A DNA stretch of 64,000 nt, from the NCBI GenBank assembly GCA_948806215.1, contig CAQIDI010000002.1:93602-157601 (forward strand). The letters run 5' to 3'. Positions 58,347-64,000 of the stretch are shown in pieces. Position numbers and translations under genes: made by a program. This stretch comes from an uncultured Eubacteriales bacterium (GTDB taxonomy: Bacteria; Bacillota; Clostridia; Christensenellales; UBA1242). The first letter of the stretch is position 1. Every line of letters begins with the position of its first letter. Under the pieces are notes generated by a model, which was not told where the DNA came from, ran no database searches, and worked only from the letters and a program-made list of their open reading frames with translations.

Positions 58347-59183
58347 ATGGCAATTTGGATTGTAATAATTTTAGGAATAGTGCAGGGTGCTTGCGAGTTT
58401 TTGCCAGTTAGTTCAAGTGGCCATTTGGTTTTGTTTTATAACATATTTAACATAACCGATAACACCATTTTGCTATCGGTTATTTTGCACGTTGCAACCT
58501 TGCTTTCGGTTATTGTTTGCTATTGGAAAGATATAATAAAACTAATAAAAAATCCGTTTTGTAACACAAACAAAAAGTTGGTTATTGCAACCATTCCAAC
58601 TGTTATTATAGTCTTACTTTTAAAAAGTGTGGTGGAAAAAAGTTTTGGTGGCGATTTTATAATAATTGGTTTTTTAATTACTGCAATAGTTTTGTTTATT
58701 TCGCAAATGTTGGAAACAAAAGCAAGTAAAACAGTTAAGAATGCTTACTTTTTGTCAGAAAACAATGTTTATAACAGTATAACCGATATTAACATAAACA
58801 CTAAACAAGCATTGTTTGTTGGTGTTGCACAAGGGCTTGCAATATTCCCTGGGATATCTCGAAGTGGTTCAACAATAGCAATGGGGCTTATGTGCGGAGT
58901 TAAAAAAAGCGAAGTTGCCGACTTTTCGTTTTTGCTTAGCATACCAATTATTATTGCAAGTTTATTGTTTGAAATAATTGATGTTAGTGTTAATAAAATA
59001 AGCATTGGATTTAATCCTTTAACTTTGTTTATCGGGTTTATATTTAGTTTTTTAAGTGGATTAATTTGCATTAAGTTAATGCTTAAGTTTGTTAAAAAAA
59101 GTAAGTTATATTGGTTCTCGTTTTATTTGGTTCTGCTTAGTATTTTTTTAATACTTAATAGTTATGTTTTGTTTTTGTTTTAA
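58347..59183 (+). CDS. uppP: Undecaprenyl-diphosphatase
   Basis: LGIVQGACEFLPVSSSGH and PGISRSGSTI motifs. The ATG at 58347 lies 5 nt after GGAGG; the ORF-track start at 58335 is the alternative. Confidence 0.9.
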   Translation: MAIWIVIILGIVQGACEFLPVSSSGHLVLFYNIFNITDNTILLSVILHVATLLSVIVCYWKDIIKLIKNPFCNTNKKLVIATIPTVIIVLLLKSVVEKSFGGDFIIIGFLITAIVLFISQMLETKASKTVKNAYFLSENNVYNSITDININTKQALFVGVAQGLAIFPGISRSGSTIAMGLMCGVKKSEVADFSFLLSIPIIIASLLFEIIDVSVNKISIGFNPLTLFIGFIFSFLSGLICIKLMLKFVKKSKLYWFSFYLVLLSIFLILNSYVLFLF

Positions 59184-59224
59184 ACCTTGCTATGCTATAA
59201 TATGGCATATAATAGGAGAAAACA

Positions 59225-60931
59225 ATGGATATTAAAAATGCAATAGTAACCGAACTAAATAATATGAATCTTAGTGTTAATATTGATAACATAAAAAATT
59301 TGTTTGTGCTTAGTGCCGATTCTAAAAATGGCGATGTTAGTTTGCCTTGTTTTGCATTAGCAAAAGAATTAAAACAAAACCCTATGGTTATTTCTAATAG
59401 TCTTGTTAGCGAAATTAATTCTAAGTTAACAAATACTTCGCTAATAGAAAAAGCAGAAGCTGTTAATGGTTATGTTAATATTTTTACAAAGCAAACAGTT
59501 GTTGCAAAAAATGTTGTTACCGAAATTTTAAGCAATCCAAATGGTTTTGGTAAAACAAATTTAGGAAATGGCAAAACCTATGTGTTGGATTATTCCAGTG
59601 TTAACTTAGCAAAATATATGCACATTGGTCACTTAAAAACAACCATAATTGGTTTGGTTATTTCCAACCTTTTAAAAAATTTAGGTTATAAAACTGTTTC
59701 AATTAACTATGTTGGCGATTATGGTACTCCATTTGGAAAAATGATAACTGCATATTATAGGTGGGGTAGCGAAGAAGAAATTAAAGCTCGCGGAGTTGAT
59801 GCTGTTCAGGATTTATATGTTAAATTTAATCGAGAAGTAGAAAACGATGCAACATTAGAAGTTGAAGCAAGAGAATGGTTTAAGAAAATTGAAAATGGCG
59901 ATAAAGAAGCAACAAGGTTGGCTAACTGGTTTATTGAACTAAGTCGTGGCGAAGTTGAACGCTTGTGTAATTTGTTGGGTGCTGAATTTGATAGTTGGCG
60001 TGGCGAACGCTATTATTCTGATAAAATGCAACCAGTTATTGCCGAATTAAAATCGAAAAACTTGTTAAAGCAAAGCGAAGGTGCACAAATTGTTGACCTT
60101 GAACAGTATGGTTTGGGTGCAGCTTTAATCCAAAAAAGCGATGGTACAAGTTTATATTTAACCAGAGACTTAGCAGCAGTTCAAGATAGGTTTGAAATGT
60201 ATGGTTTTAACAATGCAATATATGTTACCGATGTTGCACAAAAATTGCATTTTAAACAACTATTTAAAATTGTGGAACTTTTAAACAAACCTTACGCAGG
60301 TTCGCTAGAGCACGTTGCTTATGGCAGATATAGTTTGCCAACCGGTAAAATTTCTAGCAGACTTGGCAAGCAAGCATTACTTGCTGATATATATAATGCT
60401 GCGCTAAACAAAGCAAAAGAAATAATGAACGAGCGTGGAACAAAGGTTGAAAATTTCGAAGATGTTGCAAACAAAGTTGCTGTTGGTGCAATTTCGTTTG
60501 AAGCATTAAAATACGAGCGCGTTAAAGATACCGTGTTCGACCTTAATGCTTCGCTAAACTTTGATGGCGAAACTTCGCCATATATGCAATACACTTATGC
60601 AAGGCTTAATAGTGTTTTAGAAAAAGCTGGCGAGTTTGATTATGGTGCAGTGGATTTTAGCGATATTAATTTAGAAGAAGGCTTTGAAATTATTAAGCAA
60701 TTAAACAAATATCCTTTTGTGATTGTGGAAGCGTTTAATAAACTTGAACCTTGTTTAATAGTTAGGCATTTAATGAATTTATGTAGCGAAGTTAATCGCT
60801 TCTATAATCAAAAACGAATAATCGAAAACGGAAAAGTTAATGTTAACCGATTGGCTGTTATTAATGCAACACTTTGTGTTTTAAAAAATGGCTTTGAAAT
60901 AATTAATATTCCAGTAATCGATAAAATGTAA
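59225..60931 (+). CDS. argS: Arginine--tRNA ligase
   Basis: Class I HIGH motif (AKYMHIGHLKTT), a typical length of 568 aa, and a C-terminal ...DKM ending. Confidence 0.92.
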   Translation: MDIKNAIVTELNNMNLSVNIDNIKNLFVLSADSKNGDVSLPCFALAKELKQNPMVISNSLVSEINSKLTNTSLIEKAEAVNGYVNIFTKQTVVAKNVVTEILSNPNGFGKTNLGNGKTYVLDYSSVNLAKYMHIGHLKTTIIGLVISNLLKNLGYKTVSINYVGDYGTPFGKMITAYYRWGSEEEIKARGVDAVQDLYVKFNREVENDATLEVEAREWFKKIENGDKEATRLANWFIELSRGEVERLCNLLGAEFDSWRGERYYSDKMQPVIAELKSKNLLKQSEGAQIVDLEQYGLGAALIQKSDGTSLYLTRDLAAVQDRFEMYGFNNAIYVTDVAQKLHFKQLFKIVELLNKPYAGSLEHVAYGRYSLPTGKISSRLGKQALLADIYNAALNKAKEIMNERGTKVENFEDVANKVAVGAISFEALKYERVKDTVFDLNASLNFDGETSPYMQYTYARLNSVLEKAGEFDYGAVDFSDINLEEGFEIIKQLNKYPFVIVEAFNKLEPCLIVRHLMNLCSEVNRFYNQKRIIENGKVNVNRLAVINATLCVLKNGFEIINIPVIDKM

Positions 60932-60932
60932 A

Positions 60933-60962
60933 AAAAGGCTACCAAGTGGTAGCCTTTTTTGT
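60933..60962. terminator. Bidirectional terminator between argS and copZ
   Basis: AAGGCTACC-aagt-GGTAGCCTT, flanked by A6 and T6. Confidence 0.8.
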
Positions 60963-60974
60963 TTTTAATTTTAG

Positions 60975-61193
60975 TTATTGTTTAACTTCAAAGCCAGCTT
61001 CGTTAATGGCGTTAATTAAAATATTTGGGTCGATATTTTGTTTTAAAGTTACAATAACAAGTTTGTTTTCTAAATCAAATGTTGTGCGTTTAATTTCCTT
61101 AATTCCTTTTAAGCTTGTTTTTATTGTTTTTACGCAATGTTCACAATGCATATTTGGAACATTAAACACATCTACTGCAAAATTATTTTTCAT
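60975..61193 (-). CDS. copZ: Copper chaperone CopZ (heavy-metal-associated domain)
   Basis: 72 aa with the MHCEHC metal-binding motif. Start overlaps the copA stop (ATGA). Confidence 0.85.
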   Translation of the reverse strand: MKNNFAVDVFNVPNMHCEHCVKTIKTSLKGIKEIKRTTFDLENKLVIVTLKQNIDPNILINAINEAGFEVKQ

Positions 61194-63403
61194 TTTATTC
61201 TCCTTTTTATTTTTAATGTTAAAGCATTTAATATAACAGTTAAACTGCTAAGAACCATTGCAATTCCTGCCAGCATTGGATTTATTGTAAAGTTAAGTGC
61301 ACTAAACACGCCCATTGCAATAGGAATCATTAATGCGTTATAGAAAAATGCCCAAAATAAGTTTTGTTTAATATTTTTTATTGTACGCTTTGATAAACTT
61401 ATTAATTCGCTAATTTTAGATAGGTTGTTATTAAGCAAAACAACATCGGCAGAATTTATTGCAATATCGCTTCCGCCACTAACGCTTACACCGATATCAG
61501 CTATCGATAGTGCTGGACTATCGTTAATGCCGTCGCCACACATAAGCACTTTTTTGCCTTGTTTTTTTAAATTTTTAATAACTTCCGATTTTTGTTTTGG
61601 TAAAACTCCTGCTATAACATTGTTTATTCCTAAATCGCTTGCTATTTGTTTTGCAACTTGTTCGCCATCGCCGGTAAGCATTATTACTTCTAAGCCAAAA
61701 TTATTTAATTCTTTAATTGTTTGTGTTGCTGTTGGATTTATTAAATCGTTAACACCAATTAAGCCAATAATGGTTTTATCTTTAACAACATAAATAACGC
61801 TGCAACCACTATTTAAAAGTTCAAGTTCATCGCTAGCATATAAATTTTTTATTTTAAACTTTTTTAATAGTTTATTATTTCCTAATAAAATTTCGTTAGT
61901 GCCTATGTTTGCACTAATTCCATAACCGCTATAATCTTTAAAGTTGGAAACTTCTAACAATTCTAATCCCAGTTCTTCTAATTTCTGTTTAAAAGCAGAA
62001 GCTATTGGGTGGTTCGATTTGCTTTCAACACTGCCAGCCAGTTTTATTATTTCGTTATCGGATAAATTGCTATAGTTATAAATTTTTGCAAGTTTTAAAT
62101 TACCATAGGTTAAAGTTCCTGTTTTATCAAAAACCACAGTGTTAATTTTGTTTGCAATTTCTAATGTTTCACTTTTTTTAATAAGTATTCCGGCTTTTGC
62201 ACTTATCCCAACACTAATAACAATGGCAAGCGGAGTTGCAAGCCCTAGCGAACACGGGCAAGCAACAACCAAAACTGTTACAAATGTGGTTATAGCAGTT
62301 GCAAAGTTATATCCTAAAATTAAATATATAACAAATGTTAACACCGCTAAACCCATAACTATTGGAACAAATATTCCGCTAACCTTATCGGCTACTTTTG
62401 CTATTGGCATTTTAGTGTTAGTTGCTTCCACAACAAGATTAACTATTTCCGATATTGTAGAATCTTTACCAATTTTAACTGCTTCATATTCGATATAACC
62501 ATTTAAGTTTATGCTACCAGCAATAACTTGGCTGCCAATTGTTTTGTTGTTAGGCTTGCTTTCGCCAGTAATAAAAGCTTCATTTAAATGGGCACTGCCT
62601 TTGGTTATAACCCCATCCACTGCAATTTTTTCGCCTGCAGAACAAATAACAATGTCTCCTTTTTTAACTTCGTCTAAAGTTACAACTTTTGGTTTGCCAT
62701 TAACTAAAATTGTGGCATTGTTTGGAGTTATGGTTACCAAGTCCATAACAGCTTGTTTGGTTTTTATTTTACTAAACGAATCTATGTTTCTGCCAAGTTT
62801 TATAAAATAAACAATTATTGCACACGATTCAAAATAAAGGTTGTGTGCCTCGTAAGCATTACCTAACATAATTAAAACAAACAAATAAATGCTATAAATT
62901 AAACTACTAAAAACACCTAGTGTAACCAAAGTATCCATATTAGGTTTTAGGTGAAACAAATTTTTAAAACCGCTTTTAAAAATGTCTAATCCATAAACCA
63001 AAAATGGAATAGTTAATATTAAAAGAGTAGTTGCATAGCCTTTTGCATTAATATTAGGGCTTATAAAATTTGGCAAGGGCAAGCCCACCATATGTCCCAT
63101 ACTAACATATAAAAGAATAATCGCTAAAACTCCAAACAACCAAAACCAAACCTTTTTTAGTTTGTTGGTTTTTTGTTCGGCATTAATGTTGTATGTGCCA
63201 AGGCTTTTAAAACCTGCTTTTTTAATGTAGGATTCAATATGCTTTAGCGAGATTAATTTTTCATCGTAAGTAATTGTAGTGTTGGCTAAAACCAAATTAA
63301 CACTAGCACTAACAATTCCGTTTTGTTTATTTAAGTGTTTTTCTAGCCCACTAGAACAAGCACTGCAGGTCATACCTTCAACTGATAAAGTTATTTTTTT
63401 CAT
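61190..63403 (-). CDS. copA: Copper-translocating P-type ATPase
   Basis: N-terminal GMTCSACS HMA domain, CPC in CPCSLGLATP, the DKTGTLT phosphorylation site, and GDGINDSPAL. Confidence 0.95.
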   Translation of the reverse strand: MKKITLSVEGMTCSACSSGLEKHLNKQNGIVSASVNLVLANTTITYDEKLISLKHIESYIKKAGFKSLGTYNINAEQKTNKLKKVWFWLFGVLAIILLYVSMGHMVGLPLPNFISPNINAKGYATTLLILTIPFLVYGLDIFKSGFKNLFHLKPNMDTLVTLGVFSSLIYSIYLFVLIMLGNAYEAHNLYFESCAIIVYFIKLGRNIDSFSKIKTKQAVMDLVTITPNNATILVNGKPKVVTLDEVKKGDIVICSAGEKIAVDGVITKGSAHLNEAFITGESKPNNKTIGSQVIAGSINLNGYIEYEAVKIGKDSTISEIVNLVVEATNTKMPIAKVADKVSGIFVPIVMGLAVLTFVIYLILGYNFATAITTFVTVLVVACPCSLGLATPLAIVISVGISAKAGILIKKSETLEIANKINTVVFDKTGTLTYGNLKLAKIYNYSNLSDNEIIKLAGSVESKSNHPIASAFKQKLEELGLELLEVSNFKDYSGYGISANIGTNEILLGNNKLLKKFKIKNLYASDELELLNSGCSVIYVVKDKTIIGLIGVNDLINPTATQTIKELNNFGLEVIMLTGDGEQVAKQIASDLGINNVIAGVLPKQKSEVIKNLKKQGKKVLMCGDGINDSPALSIADIGVSVSGGSDIAINSADVVLLNNNLSKISELISLSKRTIKNIKQNLFWAFFYNALMIPIAMGVFSALNFTINPMLAGIAMVLSSLTVILNALTLKIKRRIK

Positions 63404-63696
63404 TATTGAAACCTTTTAATTAAATTTATAACATCTGCTATTATTTCAGTGTTACCATTTTCGATTTCTCTAACCACACATCCGTTTAAGTGTTTTTCTA
63501 TTAGCTTATTTGCTAAACTTTTAACCGAACTATTAACTGCCGATAACTGAATTAAAACATCATCACAATATCTATTTTCGGTTATCATTTTTTTAATACC
63601 ATTAATTTGTCCTTCAATGCGGTTTAGGTGAGTAATAAGTTCTTTTTTTTCTTTTTCTTTACGAAGTGTTGTTTTAAATTCTTTTGTGTTTTCCAT
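63403..63696 (-). CDS. csoR: CsoR-family copper-sensing repressor
   Basis: LNRIEGQINGIKKMI...RYCDDVLIQLSAV...H..C pattern. Stop overlaps the copA start. Confidence 0.85.
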   Translation of the reverse strand: MENTKEFKTTLRKEKEKKELITHLNRIEGQINGIKKMITENRYCDDVLIQLSAVNSSVKSLANKLIEKHLNGCVVREIENGNTEIIADVINLIKRFQ

Positions 63697-63727
63697 AAAT
63701 TTTATCTCCTTGTTACATTTATAGTAT

Positions 63728-63743
63728 ATACCCCATAGGGTAT
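63728..63743. promoter_or_regulatory. CsoR-type operator
   Basis: ATACCC-CATA-GGGTAT inverted repeat, immediately upstream of a TATACT -10 on the minus strand. Confidence 0.6.
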
Positions 63744-63847
63744 GTTAGTAAAATAAAATTTATAACTTAATAAAAATTTTATTTTGTTAATTTTAATAGT
63801 TAAGGTATACTTTTAAAGTAAAATATTAATATTGTTAGGAATTAATT

Positions 63848-64000
63848 TTGGAAAATTATAAAGAAATAGAAAGGTCAATAATAACCACATATCGAGCAAG
63901 GCTTTGGTCAAAGTTTACTAAAGCAATTAGAGATTACGAATTAATTGAAGAAAACGATAATATTTGTGTGTGCATATCTGGTGGAAAAGATAGTATGGTT
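63848..64000 (+). CDS. ttcA: 5' part of a TtcA-like PP-loop tRNA thiolation ATPase (truncated by the window end)
   Basis: Translation ...LWSKFTKAIRDYELIEENDNICVCISGGKDSMV carries the SGGKDS PP-loop. A TTG at 63848 is the only in-frame start candidate, so the start is uncertain. Confidence 0.6.
   Translation, partial: MENYKEIERSIITTYRARLWSKFTKAIRDYELIEENDNICVCISGGKDSMV

Noticed and set aside
59184-59224. T-box leader expected upstream of argS
   Set aside because: Only 41 bp separate uppP from argS, which is far too short for a T-box. The TATGGCA half-site seen there is a lone half-site overlapping a TATAAT box, probably by coincidence.
60946-61236. 96-aa plus-strand ORF opposite copZ
   Set aside because: The minus-strand ORF encodes a bona fide HMA domain (MHCEHC) translationally coupled to copA. 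The plus-strand ORF begins inside the argS/copZ terminator.

Overview
This is an AT-rich (roughly 30% GC by eye), densely coding segment that looks Bacillota-like and covers the chromosomal replication-origin neighbourhood. It uses the standard genetic code: Trp is TGG, and TGA acts as a stop in rnpA and copA. I can support about 62 protein genes and one tRNA-Arg(UCG). I found no rRNA, CRISPR array, transposase, integrase or obvious prophage.

Layout:
- 1-31.6 kb is almost entirely minus strand. It carries pyrG, xth, a long run of nucleotide and phosphoester hydrolase-type genes, a very large repeat-containing membrane protein, and gyrA and gyrB.
- 34.3-55.8 kb is almost entirely plus strand: recF-dnaA-dnaN, rpmH-rnpA-yidD-yidC-jag, mnmE-mnmG, rsmG, parA-parB, yyaC and ftsH.
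- 55.8-64 kb carries ychF, uppP, argS and a csoR-copA-copZ copper operon.

The strand switch at 31.6-34.3 kb, a perfect DnaA box in the dnaA-dnaN gap and three identical parS palindromes around rsmG all mark the origin region.

Observations most worth follow-up:
1. At 55.8-56.7 kb, two tandem paralogous XRE repressors each have their own palindromic operators. Each operator sits inside an outward-facing consensus promoter, and one of these promoters drives an ORF-less, strongly structured transcript of about 175 nt.
2. A protein of about 1255 aa joins a CvpA-like membrane N-terminus to at least seven helical repeats of about 90 aa each.
3. A collagen-like, BclA-like gene is split by a G5 homopolymer frameshift and sits in reverse orientation inside a nucleotide-phosphatase gene array.
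4. That array contains unusual fusions and degenerate catalytic motifs.
5. The order of origin-region genes is non-canonical, and several genes look leaderless.

All domain calls come from motif recognition by eye on the supplied translations. No database search, alignment statistic or RNA folding computation was run.
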